Source: an uncultured Gilliamella sp. (GTDB taxonomy: Bacteria; Pseudomonadota; Gammaproteobacteria; Enterobacterales; Orbaceae). From it: DNA of 64,000 bases. Location: positions 27,773-91,772 of the forward strand of contig CAMLMY010000003.1 in assembly GCA_946481345.1 (NCBI GenBank), given 5' to 3'. A model generated the notes under the pieces. The model searched no databases. It had not been told where the DNA came from and saw nothing but the letters and a program-made list of their open reading frames with translations. Positions 1 through 11,424 of this stretch are shown piece by piece; the first letter of the stretch is position 1, and the number at the start of each line of letters is the position of its first letter. The translations under genes were made by a program, and so were the position numbers.

Positions 1-195
1 TATCGTTTGAATCCTTAACGTCTCGACAATGAAAACAGAGCACTAGAAGTAACTACATACATACCAATATTGTCTATTATTTATATCACTACAATCTTAT
101 TGGATTTAACTTTTTAGTTAATAGTGTTAAATAATATGCTGATAACCTTTACAGAGAAAATTCATCAGTCGCTTATATAAATTATTTGTTAACAT

Positions 196-3102
196 CTATT
201 TATTCCGAATTAAATCATAAATAGCATCATTAGCAAATTGTGTCTTAAATTCAACTTTCACTGACTTACTGATTTGATTGAAAAGTTCTTGTGCATGTTT
301 TATTTTCTTTTCTTCTTCTTTTCGTAAATGATCTTTACTATCAACGTTTTTTGTTTCAATGATAAAGTTTAAATAATCGCCTTCTGTTGTTTTTACAACA
401 TAAGCAAAATCAGGTGAATAAGTATAACCACCTGCTACTGGAATTTTAATCGAATTCTTCGGTATTTTAGTAAAAACAGCGACTGATGTTATCTCTCCAT
501 CAGTGATATTTAATTTTTCTAACTCTGAATCATAAAAAACTTCTTCAAACAGATACGCATCAAGCGGTGGTTTAGTGTTGTCATTTAATATACCAAGATC
601 ACTTGATAATACTTCATTCAATGGTTTACCATTCGCGTTCGTGAATTTTGTCGGATGAATGGAGCTAGAAATTACATTGTAGCCCAAACTGAACTTGTTG
701 AAAGAATTGTTCAACAAATATTTGCTAAAACCAGATTTTATCTTTCTAATTGTTTGAATGTTCAGATAGTCAGTGATGTTGATCGTGTCTTTTATTTCAC
801 AAAATACTTTATGAACAGTATCATGTTTAACAAAAATAGTTTGTGATAAGTTATCCAGAAACTCTCGATAACTCATCGTATTGAGTTTGGCAAAATTATC
901 ATCATCACTAACGATACTTTTTGACATAGCGGTATCATTATAAATGTAAATTCTATCAATACGAGTATGAACGCCTGATTTAGTAAATCTTTCTGTTTCA
1001 TCGAGCATAAATGACTTGAAAATGGATAATAATTCATTTTCGCTATTTATCTTATATTCAATCACTGCTTTCTGATTGATTAAATCCCATAGTTCTTTCA
1101 GTTCATTGAACTTACCAACACGCATTTTAGTCCGTCTTTTTCCATCTGAGGCTTTTTTGATTTTGCTTTGTTTTACTCCGGTAGGGAATGCAGCTGGGTA
1201 TTTACCTTTTAAGCGTGTGTAGGAATCAGAATCTTTGAAGTTGTCATTATCATCAATGATTTCATCATCAAAAACTTCATTCATGAGTGCTCTGGATGAA
1301 AGCTCAGGATACTGAGATAGGATTTTATCTTTAAGCTCTTGAGTAAACTTACTTGGAACCGTTTCTTTGAAAGAGCTAGCGTTGACCTCTTTGACAAGCG
1401 AATCGACAAAATCTTTTTCTGTAAAATCAACATAATAGTTGAGTATAAAATTGCGGTCTTTCACACGGCACATGTATTCATTCACCGGAAGACGCAAACC
1501 ACGCCCTACCTCTTGAAGTTTTGATGTGGTGCTGCCACTTGAACGTAGCTTACAAATCTGAAAGACGTTAGGATTATCCCAGCCTTCCCTCAATGTCCAC
1601 TTAGAAAAAATGAAACGACGAGGGTTATTTAAAGACAATAAAAGTTCTTTGTCATGAAGGATTTCGTTGATTTCCTGTTCTATTTTATCATCCTTATCAC
1701 TGTTATCTTTTGAAAAATAGCCACCATGAACAGAAGATATATCCTTAACAGTTTTTTCAAGGTAGTTTCTATAAAACTCATCTTTCTCTGTTTTTAACAG
1801 TTCATTAGCTTCTGCCAAAACGTATTCTTCGAACTTAGTTTTCAGGCTTCCAGCAATATCATTACCATCACGATAGCCTTCAATGTCATCAATAAAGAAA
1901 AGAGTAAGGGGCTTTATGCGTGGCCTTTGTGTCAGATACTCTTTTTCTAACTTAAAGTGTTCTTTGACAGCTTTACGCATCATGTTATCAGCAAGTATCT
2001 GATCGTAAGAATAGGGGTTTATCGAGCTACCAATTTTTAGCTCAATACCATTACTCAACAAGGCTGTATTCTTGTTTAAAGCATCAAGAGTTAAATCATG
2101 GATCGCACTATGCGTCTTAGATAGTGATTCACCTTTGGCTAACTTAAACGTTTTTTTATTGCTATTTTCATTCAGTTCAAATGTAGCTTCTTTTCCGTCA
2201 GATTTGACGAACTTGAGGTTGGCATTACCATCACCAACAATATCCTCAATGTATGCATCAATACCTTTAACAAGATCTTCATTGAATGCATCCACGGCAG
2301 TAAGACGATAAACTAAGTTCTTATAGCCTTCACTAAAGGTTGCGCCATAGCGGATGATATATTGAGCATTAAATTTTTCAATATTTTCCCATGTCTTTTT
2401 ACCCGTAGGAAATTTATGAGGCTCATCAATGATAATGAATGGTTTTATCGCACTAAGTGCAGAAAATGGGGTATCAAACAGGTTATCAAACAATCCAACA
2501 TCATAAGTGTCAGTTAAAGACTTAGAGTTAATCATCCCTGAGTTGATCACAAGGACGTGTATATATTTCTTATTAAAATTATTTGCTTCAACAAAATCAT
2601 GGATAGCTTGAGGCATGTATGATTTTGTATTTTTACTAGAGCTTTTCTGACTCTCAACAACGTAAGTCTTTAGCTCTCGCTCGTAATCATCTCGAAAGTG
2701 TTCTTTTAAAGCATCACTTTTTAAAAAATTAACTGTTCCAGCTTTGATTGATAGCGTAGGAACAATAATTATAAATTTGTTAATGCCAAATGATTTGTTC
2801 AGGTCAAAAATTGTTTTGGTGTAGGTATAGGTTTTACCTGTCCCTGTCTCCATAGAAACATCAATGACGTTGCTTTTAGCATCGTAATTATCTTTTGAAT
2901 GCTCAATACCATTGAACTTCTGAACATTTTTTATGTTATTGTAGTATTGTTGTTCAGTAAGGCTAAGATCTGGATTAGCCAACAGACGGATAGCGATATT
3001 ATCCGTCTGTTGGGGTGTTGCAGAAATAAAAATATTCATGACCGCATCAACACCAGCCTTTTGATGTGGTAAGTTCTTTTCGAAAGTGAACCCTTTAGAC
3101 AT
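196..3102 (-). CDS. res: Type III restriction endonuclease Res subunit (EcoP1I/EcoP15I-like)
   Basis: 968 aa; helicase motifs METGTGKT, IIDEPH, LREGWDNPNVF, QEVGRGLRL; C-terminal nuclease motif YSPDF...IIETK; N-terminus MSKGFTFEKNLPHQKAGVDAV resembles recalled EcoP15I/P1 Res. Confidence 0.96.
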   Translation of the reverse strand: MSKGFTFEKNLPHQKAGVDAVMNIFISATPQQTDNIAIRLLANPDLSLTEQQYYNNIKNVQKFNGIEHSKDNYDAKSNVIDVSMETGTGKTYTYTKTIFDLNKSFGINKFIIIVPTLSIKAGTVNFLKSDALKEHFRDDYERELKTYVVESQKSSSKNTKSYMPQAIHDFVEANNFNKKYIHVLVINSGMINSKSLTDTYDVGLFDNLFDTPFSALSAIKPFIIIDEPHKFPTGKKTWENIEKFNAQYIIRYGATFSEGYKNLVYRLTAVDAFNEDLVKGIDAYIEDIVGDGNANLKFVKSDGKEATFELNENSNKKTFKLAKGESLSKTHSAIHDLTLDALNKNTALLSNGIELKIGSSINPYSYDQILADNMMRKAVKEHFKLEKEYLTQRPRIKPLTLFFIDDIEGYRDGNDIAGSLKTKFEEYVLAEANELLKTEKDEFYRNYLEKTVKDISSVHGGYFSKDNSDKDDKIEQEINEILHDKELLLSLNNPRRFIFSKWTLREGWDNPNVFQICKLRSSGSTTSKLQEVGRGLRLPVNEYMCRVKDRNFILNYYVDFTEKDFVDSLVKEVNASSFKETVPSKFTQELKDKILSQYPELSSRALMNEVFDDEIIDDNDNFKDSDSYTRLKGKYPAAFPTGVKQSKIKKASDGKRRTKMRVGKFNELKELWDLINQKAVIEYKINSENELLSIFKSFMLDETERFTKSGVHTRIDRIYIYNDTAMSKSIVSDDDNFAKLNTMSYREFLDNLSQTIFVKHDTVHKVFCEIKDTINITDYLNIQTIRKIKSGFSKYLLNNSFNKFSLGYNVISSSIHPTKFTNANGKPLNEVLSSDLGILNDNTKPPLDAYLFEEVFYDSELEKLNITDGEITSVAVFTKIPKNSIKIPVAGGYTYSPDFAYVVKTTEGDYLNFIIETKNVDSKDHLRKEEEKKIKHAQELFNQISKSVKVEFKTQFANDAIYDLIRNK

Positions 3103-3104
3103 GA

Positions 3105-5051
3105 TTAGTTCCTCACTACCAAATCTAATTCAATTGATTTTTTATTAGCATAACCTTTTAGTGCTTCATTGAGTTCCATCTGTTTTGCACTATCAAAGTT
3201 ACTGCCATAAAACACGACTTTGTTAGGGGAAAAGGCTTTGTCTGCATCTAACTTTTTAAGTAATGCTTTCAGGGCTTCACTGGTAAAATTAGGCGCAATC
3301 AGATATAAGCGACTATCACATAGGTGCGCTTTATAGCCATTAAGATCAACATCTTCAATTGGTGTTGTTAATAAACTACCATCATACACACACCATGTAG
3401 TCAATAGGCTGTAATACTGTTCAGATGTTAACACTGCATCATCAAAGAAAGTATGGTTAGATAGTGTAAGTTCAGACTCATCTTTTGCTCTAAAGTCATC
3501 AATGGTATGAATTATTTTGAAACCTATTTGGGCTATATTATCACTTGTGGCTGCTCTTTGAATAAAAACTTCCTGTATTCTTTTTTTAGTTATTTCAAAA
3601 ATAGATCTATACCCAATAGAATAAGCATTCTTTGTTTTATTTATACCCTCATCTTGTTGTATGCATATAAAATTCCTGCATCCAGAATCTTTATCATTCA
3701 AATACACAACAGCTTCTGCTGTTGTTCCTGAACCGGCAAAAAAATCAAGAACCAATGAGTCCTTTTTTGTTCCGATTTTTATAAGATCAGATATGAGAGG
3801 AACAGGCTTTGGACCGTCAAATAGCTTATCTCCTAAAAGGTTTTTAAGTTCAGTTGTTGCTGTGCTCGTACTATATTCAGGTTTATACCAAATTGATTTT
3901 GGTTTTTTAGTTGGTAGATCACCAAGAGCTGGCCGCTGTTTTTTATAGATGTTTTTACCATCTTTTATATCTATTACTATCAAGTTATAAAATTCGTCAT
4001 TTATTTTTTCCTTTCCCCATGACCACGAAAGTTCTTCACCTGTAGGGCTTACTGGGTAAATAACATAATCATTTTCGTGTAGAGGTGTGTCATCATCTGT
4101 TACATAAACCTTGTTTTCTGAACTGATGAATACAGGAAACCAACCTTTTGGTCTTGATTTTCTTGAAGCATCTTGACCTGTACGTTTTAATGTATCAGCT
4201 CTCTTAAATAGGCCGTATTCATCTTCATCCCATTCTTTTTCAACTTCATTTTCATCGATATCGAATTGGCCTAAATGACAAATATCTTTGTTTTTAGCAT
4301 ATACATATATATATTCATGTGTATCTGAAAAGCCAAAGTTATCATGGTTTCCTTTAAGATTCATGATTGTAGGAAGTTTTGCAACAAAATTAACTTGACC
4401 AAATACTTCGTCGCATAATAAGCCTAACTGTTTATCTTCATTATCATCTATGGATATGAAGATAACACCATCTTCTTTTAAAAGTTCACGAGCCACATAC
4501 AAACGAGGATAAATGAATGTCAGCCATGCACTGTGACTACTTGAACCTTTGACAGTAAAATTAAGGATACGTGTAGCTTCATCAAGATCGATACCTGCCA
4601 GTTCAGAAAGCTGTTCAGGCGTAAATTTGCGATCATCGTTATAGGCGAATCCATCCTTACCAGTATTGTAAGGCGGATCAATGTAAATCATTTTCACCTT
4701 TTCAGAATAAGCATTGACCATGTGTTTTAACACTTCGAGGTTATCCCCTTTGATTAACAGATTTTGACTGTTCCTGTTTTCATCACGCTGATTATGCTCT
4801 TTGTCTTCGATGAGTAATGTTTTAGGTGGGAGATTAGCCAACAAACGAGCATAAGATTTGCCTAACCAGTTTAAACTGTAAGATTCTTTAGAAAGCTCAA
4901 CATCTGATGATTTTATTATCTCAAGCAGTTTTTCTTGAATGAAAGCCCCATCCTTATCAAAACATTGCGGGAAATTAGCTTTTAAAATAGCTATCTGTTT
5001 ACTATTTGTGGTTTCAACTTCTGAAAAAAGTGTTTCTGTTTGTATTTTCAT
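3105..5051 (-). CDS. mod: Type III R-M N6-adenine methyltransferase Mod subunit
   Basis: 648 aa; catalytic DPPY (IYIDPPYNTG) precedes SAM-binding FFAGSGTT (beta class); C-terminus KKSIELDLVVRN; 2 bp upstream of res. Confidence 0.96.
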   Translation of the reverse strand: MKIQTETLFSEVETTNSKQIAILKANFPQCFDKDGAFIQEKLLEIIKSSDVELSKESYSLNWLGKSYARLLANLPPKTLLIEDKEHNQRDENRNSQNLLIKGDNLEVLKHMVNAYSEKVKMIYIDPPYNTGKDGFAYNDDRKFTPEQLSELAGIDLDEATRILNFTVKGSSSHSAWLTFIYPRLYVARELLKEDGVIFISIDDNEDKQLGLLCDEVFGQVNFVAKLPTIMNLKGNHDNFGFSDTHEYIYVYAKNKDICHLGQFDIDENEVEKEWDEDEYGLFKRADTLKRTGQDASRKSRPKGWFPVFISSENKVYVTDDDTPLHENDYVIYPVSPTGEELSWSWGKEKINDEFYNLIVIDIKDGKNIYKKQRPALGDLPTKKPKSIWYKPEYSTSTATTELKNLLGDKLFDGPKPVPLISDLIKIGTKKDSLVLDFFAGSGTTAEAVVYLNDKDSGCRNFICIQQDEGINKTKNAYSIGYRSIFEITKKRIQEVFIQRAATSDNIAQIGFKIIHTIDDFRAKDESELTLSNHTFFDDAVLTSEQYYSLLTTWCVYDGSLLTTPIEDVDLNGYKAHLCDSRLYLIAPNFTSEALKALLKKLDADKAFSPNKVVFYGSNFDSAKQMELNEALKGYANKKSIELDLVVRN

Positions 5052-5417
5052 ATTATGCTCAATTAGTTAATATCTAACTATCTCATTACGGTTACGTAAT
5101 CTATAAATTTAGCGCTTATAAAGGATGACTATTACTACTGGTATCTATAAATAATATCACAATTCAGCTATTTTTTTATAAACTGAAATTCCTCGCCGCT
5201 TTATTATTTTTAAAGGTTCGAACGCAACTCTATTTGCAATATATAGAAGTATTATTGAAGCTATAGTAAAAAAACAATACCCAATAAATGACGGTTATGC
5301 AGCAAATCATTGTGTAAGAAAATCACTATTGCAATTAATAATAAAAAAGATAGCTACATGCAATAGACCAATAAATACACTTGAAAAATCAACTGCTATT
5401 ACCAACGGTTTTCTTTT

Positions 5418-5696
5418 CCCTAATGTTATAAAGCTACTTTGTTCAAATGCAATATCATGGCCATATCGTTCATAATCAAAGTAGTTACTTAAATTACCTA
5501 GTTTTTTAAAATTATAACAGCCACTTTCTGCAATCCAATAAAAATCTAAATCATATTCATCAGAAATATTCGATAAGGATTGAAAGCAATCTAAGTTATC
5601 AGATAAATTAATTAAGTCAGTAATAGAATTAACTTAGTCTCCAACATCAATAACTACTTCATAAATTTCTAATTCAGCATAATTTAACTCTTCAAG
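5418..5696 (-). pseudogene. ArdA-like antirestriction protein remnant
   Basis: Manual translation LEELNYAELEIYEVVIDVGD*VNSITDLINLSDNLDCFQSLSNISDEYDLDFYWIAESGCYNFKKLGNLSNYFDYERYGHDIAFEQSSFITLG; in-frame TAA at 5634-5636; acidic, with YFDYERYGxD motif typical of the ArdA C-terminus. Confidence 0.7.
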
Positions 5697-5936
5697 TTTT
5701 TATGCCGAATGATTTTATTTATTAAGGTTAATAAATATGATGATAAATTATGGTTTACTTTATTATAGGATTAATATTACATGGAATTAGGTATTAATTT
5801 ATCGTATTAGTTAAAAAATATCGTCGAGAAGTCCATATGTTTAAAGCCATTGTTCACTTGATTTTGGGTTAATTAAGTTGAACTCGGTTGAATAGTGAAA
5901 TAAGGTGCAAGGCTGATTTGAAAAGGCTTTAGACAT

Positions 5937-5960
5937 AAAAAAACCTGCTAGAAGCAGGTC
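5937..5960 (-). terminator. Intrinsic terminator downstream of tRNA-Phe
   Basis: Minus strand ACCTGCT-TCT-AGCAGGT followed by a T run. Confidence 0.75.
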
Positions 5961-5975
5961 TTAAAATTTGGTGAT

Positions 5976-6051
5976 TGGTGCCCGGACGCGGAATCGAACC
6001 ACGGACACGGGGATTTTCAATCCCCTGCTCTACCGACTGAGCTATCCGGGC
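5976..6051 (-). tRNA. tRNA-Phe(GAA)
   Basis: Reverse complement GCCCGGATAGCTCAGTCGGTAGAGCAGGGGATTGAAAATCCCCGTGTCCGTGGTTCGATTCCGCGTCCGGGCACCA; 76 nt, encoded CCA. Confidence 0.98.
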
Positions 6052-6210
6052 AACAATGGAGCTGTATTAAACACGATTAGAGATTATTCGTCAATCCCTT
6101 TTGTGAGATATTTTTAAAAATATATACTGTTTGGTTGAAATTTAGCTAATCGTCACCATTTTAATAACTAATTGAAAATAATGTCGCTCTATATTTAGAG
6201 GAATTTTGGT

Positions 6211-6651
6211 ATGCGAGTTATTGGTTTTATTATATTTTTTATTTATGTTTATTGTGAGATTAGTTTTTTTATCGCAATTGCTAATTCAGTGGGGGTATTG
6301 CTTGCATTAATCGGAATTATTGCTACCTCGATTATTGGTTTTTCATTAATTAAAAAGCAAGGGTTAAAAAATTTAAGCCTTATGCAACAAAAGATTGCTA
6401 ATCAACAAAGCCCAAAAGAGGAAATTATTAACAGTGTTTCGCTATTATTTGCTGGTTTTTTCTTATTTATTCCAGGTTTTCTAACGGATATCTTAGGGGG
6501 GATTTTATTAATTCCATATGTTCAGGAATATATTGTGCGCTTTATTGTTAAAAAACTTCCTACTAAAGTTTATTCATTTTCTTCTAGTCGCAATGCACAA
6601 GTAAATAATGATGTGATCGAAGGAGAATTTGAACGGAAGGATGATGAATAA
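6211..6651 (+). CDS. fxsA: FxsA family membrane protein
   Basis: Hydrophobic protein with IPGFLTDILG and C-terminal VIEGEFERKDD; upstream of groES as in enterobacteria. Confidence 0.9.
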   Translation: MRVIGFIIFFIYVYCEISFFIAIANSVGVLLALIGIIATSIIGFSLIKKQGLKNLSLMQQKIANQQSPKEEIINSVSLLFAGFFLFIPGFLTDILGGILLIPYVQEYIVRFIVKKLPTKVYSFSSSRNAQVNNDVIEGEFERKDDE

Positions 6652-6684
6652 TTAATCGATTAGAAAATTTTTTTATTTTATTCT

Positions 6685-6712
6685 CTTGAAGAATATAAAT
6701 TAATCCCCATCT
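6685..6712 (+). promoter_or_regulatory. Sigma-32 (RpoH) heat-shock promoter of groESL
   Basis: CTTGAA-N14-CCCCATCT matches the RpoH consensus. Confidence 0.85.
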
Positions 6713-6797
6713 AATATGCACTATATAATACATATCATAATTTTATGATTTATTGTTAATAATTACTTAAGTAAAAATTAGTGCTAGGAGATAACTA

Positions 6798-7091
6798 ATG
6801 AAAATTCGTCCATTGCATGATCGTGTGATCATTAAACGCAAAGAAGTAGAATCAAAATCAGCTGGCGGTATTGTTTTAACTGGTTCAGCTGCTGGTAAAT
6901 CAACACGTGGTGAGGTTTTAGCTGTTGGTAATGGTCGCATTTTGGAAAATGGTCAAGTTCAGCCATTAGATGTTAAAGTTGGTGATATCGTAATTTTCAA
7001 TGAAGGATATGGCGTTAAAACAGAAAAAATCGATAACGAAGAAGTGCTTATCCTATCAGAAACCGATATTTTAGCCATTGTTGAAGCATAA
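6798..7091 (+). CDS. groES: Co-chaperonin GroES
   Basis: [14 protein letters not shown]...[11 protein letters not shown]; 97 aa. Confidence 0.99.
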   Translation: MKIRPLHDRVIIKRKEVESKSAGGIVLTGSAAGKSTRGEVLAVGNGRILENGQVQPLDVKVGDIVIFNEGYGVKTEKIDNEEVLILSETDILAIVEA

Positions 7092-7102
7092 CTGGCAAAT
7101 AA

Positions 7103-8785
<1,683 letters not shown>

Positions 8786-8810
8786 TTCCCCTATTTAGCC
8801 CGTCAAAATA

Positions 8811-8842
8811 AAAAACCACTCCAATATGTGAGTGGTTTTTTT
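8811..8842. terminator. Bidirectional terminator between groEL and mntP
   Basis: AAAAACCACTC-caatatgt-GAGTGGTTTTTTT. Confidence 0.85.
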
Positions 8843-8869
8843 ATATCTAAACTTAAGTAAAGAATAAAA

Positions 8870-9448
8870 TTATATAGTGAGATGTTGGTACAATGTGATT
8901 GAACCGATGACAATAAGAACGATGCCACCGATAAATGATGCTTGTTTACCAATTAAACAGCCAATTTTTTTACCTAGCAATAAGCCCAATGTAACCATGA
9001 TACAGGTTGCAAGTCCAATCATGGTGGCGGCAATATAAATATTAACGCTGGCAAGTGCTAATCCGACACCAACAGCAAATGCATCAATACTTGTTGAAAT
9101 CGCAGTAAGAACTAATATTAAAAATGATTTTTTCGATGAAGGAAGTGGTTTTGCATCACAGTTGTCATCGTTATCTTCCTTAAAACTATGATAGATCATG
9201 TTTAGACCTAACAATAACATGACGGTAAAAACAATCCAATGATCCCATCTTTCAATATATTGTAGGGCAATATAGCCAATTAACCAGCCTAGTAATGGAG
9301 TGATGGCTTCAACAAAACCAAATAAGATCCCCACTTTTAATGCGCCTAAAAACGGCGTTGATTTTAGTGATACGCCACGACAAATCGCTACCGCAAAGGC
9401 ATCTGTAGACATGGCTAATGCTAGCAGTAAAATAGCCAAAAAACTCAT
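8870..9448 (-). CDS. mntP: Manganese efflux pump MntP (YebN family)
   Basis: Two repeats AMSTDAFAVA and STSIDAFAVG; about 6 TM; 192 aa. Confidence 0.92.
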   Translation of the reverse strand: MSFLAILLLALAMSTDAFAVAICRGVSLKSTPFLGALKVGILFGFVEAITPLLGWLIGYIALQYIERWDHWIVFTVMLLLGLNMIYHSFKEDNDDNCDAKPLPSSKKSFLILVLTAISTSIDAFAVGVGLALASVNIYIAATMIGLATCIMVTLGLLLGKKIGCLIGKQASFIGGIVLIVIGSITLYQHLTI

Positions 9449-9499
9449 GATATATACTCTTGCTTCCAGTGATGTTAATTTTAATTTTGTATTTATAAT

Positions 9500-10114
9500 T
9501 TATTTTTTTGATACTAAAAATAGATAGTTAGCTATCTTGTTGTCGCCTTTATTTTTATAAAGTTCGGCTGTTTTTGCTACATTAGTTCGACGACTGGCAT
9601 CATATGCAAAAAGTTGTTTAAACATTAGATCTGCCGTTTTCTTATCGCCGTTTTGGATAGCACAATAACCATATTGCTCATAGGTATCTGCTTTCCAGCG
9701 GTGCCGATCTAGTTCTAGACTTTTGGCAAATTGTTGTTTCGCTTCTTGGTAACGATCTCTACCACATAAAAAGGAGCCGTAGTGCAGACGATATAAACCA
9801 TTACCTGGTTGCATTAATGTGATTCGTTTATAAATCATCTCTGCTTCATTATATTCACCAACATGTTGATCAAACATTGCCATTGCTAGCATGATTTGAG
9901 GGTTATTGGGTGAATACTGAGCGGCCAATTTTAGATTATAATGTGCTGCTTTAACGTTATCTTCAGATTCATTGGCTTTGGCTAAATAACCTAAACCTAA
10001 TCGCATTCTTGCTAACGCAGCGGTTTCTGGATCAAAATCCTCACGACCATTCATTTGACAGCCTGTTAGCATTAGCATGACCAAACTGCTTAATGCTATT
10101 AATGCGTTTTTCAT
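9500..10114 (-). CDS. pilW: Type IV pilus biogenesis/stability TPR lipoprotein PilW/PilF
   Basis: Lipobox LTGC, AALARMRLGLGYL, YGSFLC; follows rlmN; start MKNAL chosen from GAGGAG RBS. Confidence 0.8.
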   Translation of the reverse strand: MKNALIALSSLVMLMLTGCQMNGREDFDPETAALARMRLGLGYLAKANESEDNVKAAHYNLKLAAQYSPNNPQIMLAMAMFDQHVGEYNEAEMIYKRITLMQPGNGLYRLHYGSFLCGRDRYQEAKQQFAKSLELDRHRWKADTYEQYGYCAIQNGDKKTADLMFKQLFAYDASRRTNVAKTAELYKNKGDNKIANYLFLVSKK

Positions 10115-10133
10115 GTACAACTCCTCGGTTGTT

Positions 10134-11324
10134 TTAGGCGGTTTGTTGAACAAGATTTTGCTTTTTATAAAGCGTTCGTTTGGTACGATCTACAACTTCG
10201 CCAGCAAGTTGACCACAAGCTGCATCAATATCATCGCCACGGGTCTTCCGAACGATAACCGTAAATCCATACCCCATTAATGTTTTCATAAACCGATCAA
10301 TTCGGGTGTTTGAACAACGGGCATAAGGCGCACCAGGGAAAGGATTCCATGGGATTAAATTGATTTTACTTGGTACATTTTTCAGGAATTTAGCCAGCTC
10401 ATGGGCATGTTCAACACTATCATTAATCTGGTTGAGTAATACATATTCGATGGTCACTTTACCATGATTAGCATTCGAAGTTGAAAGATAACGTAAAATT
10501 GAATCACGTAACATTGCCATATTATATTTTTGGTTAATTGGCATAATCTCACTACGAATTTCATCATTTGGTGCATGTAATGAAATAGCTAATGCTACAT
10601 CAATCATGCCGGCTAATTTATCTAAAGCGGGTACGACACCAGAAGTAGAAAGCGTCACGCGTCTTTTGGATAAACCATAACCAAAATCATCTAGCATAAT
10701 TTCCATTGCTGGTGCGACATTGGATAAGTTAAGTAAAGGTTCACCCATTCCCATCATAACTACATTAGTGATAGGTCGATCGGCTAATTTACCTGTTACG
10801 CCAATGGCATTTGATGCACGCCAAACTTGGCCAATAATTTCAGATACGGTTAAATTACGGTTAAAACCTTGTTGCGCTGTTGAACAGAATTTACATTCCA
10901 AAGCACAGCCCACTTGTGATGAAACACATAAGGTCGCACGATCACGTTCAGGAATATAAACTGATTCAATCATTTGATTATTGCCTACATCTAAAGCCCA
11001 TTTTATAGTGCCATCGGATGAACGTTGCTCGATGGCAATTTTAGGTGCTTTAATTTCAGCTAATTTTTTTAATTGCTCACGTAATTTTTTGTTAATGTCG
11101 GTCATAAGATCGAAATCATCTATCCCAAAATGATAGATCCATTTCATCACTTGATCCGCTCTAAATGGTTTTTCTCCTAACGAAATAAAAAATTCTCTTA
11201 ACTGTTGTCTGGTAAAGTTAAGTAAGTTTATTTTTTCGTTAGTTGGATTGGTGGTGTTTTGATTAGTTGTATTTGTCACGTCCAAACAATTATCAGACGA
11301 TTTGTGTGTAGCTGATGTTAACAT
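10134..11324 (-). CDS. rlmN: Dual-specificity 23S rRNA/tRNA m2A methyltransferase RlmN
   Basis: Radical SAM CxxxCxxC (CALECKFC), [16 protein letters not shown]. Confidence 0.97.
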   Translation of the reverse strand: MLTSATHKSSDNCLDVTNTTNQNTTNPTNEKINLLNFTRQQLREFFISLGEKPFRADQVMKWIYHFGIDDFDLMTDINKKLREQLKKLAEIKAPKIAIEQRSSDGTIKWALDVGNNQMIESVYIPERDRATLCVSSQVGCALECKFCSTAQQGFNRNLTVSEIIGQVWRASNAIGVTGKLADRPITNVVMMGMGEPLLNLSNVAPAMEIMLDDFGYGLSKRRVTLSTSGVVPALDKLAGMIDVALAISLHAPNDEIRSEIMPINQKYNMAMLRDSILRYLSTSNANHGKVTIEYVLLNQINDSVEHAHELAKFLKNVPSKINLIPWNPFPGAPYARCSNTRIDRFMKTLMGYGFTVIVRKTRGDDIDAACGQLAGEVVDRTKRTLYKKQNLVQQTA

Positions 11325-11424
11325 ATGGCCTCGTTTTTACACATTATGGCTATTTCAATTTTTAGAGAAAGGATTATACTGGTTTTCACCCTGTCTGGCT
11401 AATATAATATTAATTAGAATCTAA

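Noticed and set aside
1-120. Possible gene remnant at the window edge (YRLNP*RLDNENRALEVTTYIPIL)
   Set aside because: Too short and interrupted to assign without the upstream sequence.
3105-5100. Phase-variable mod (phasevarion)
   Set aside because: No simple sequence repeat tract was seen in or just upstream of the mod ORF, only short A/T homopolymers.
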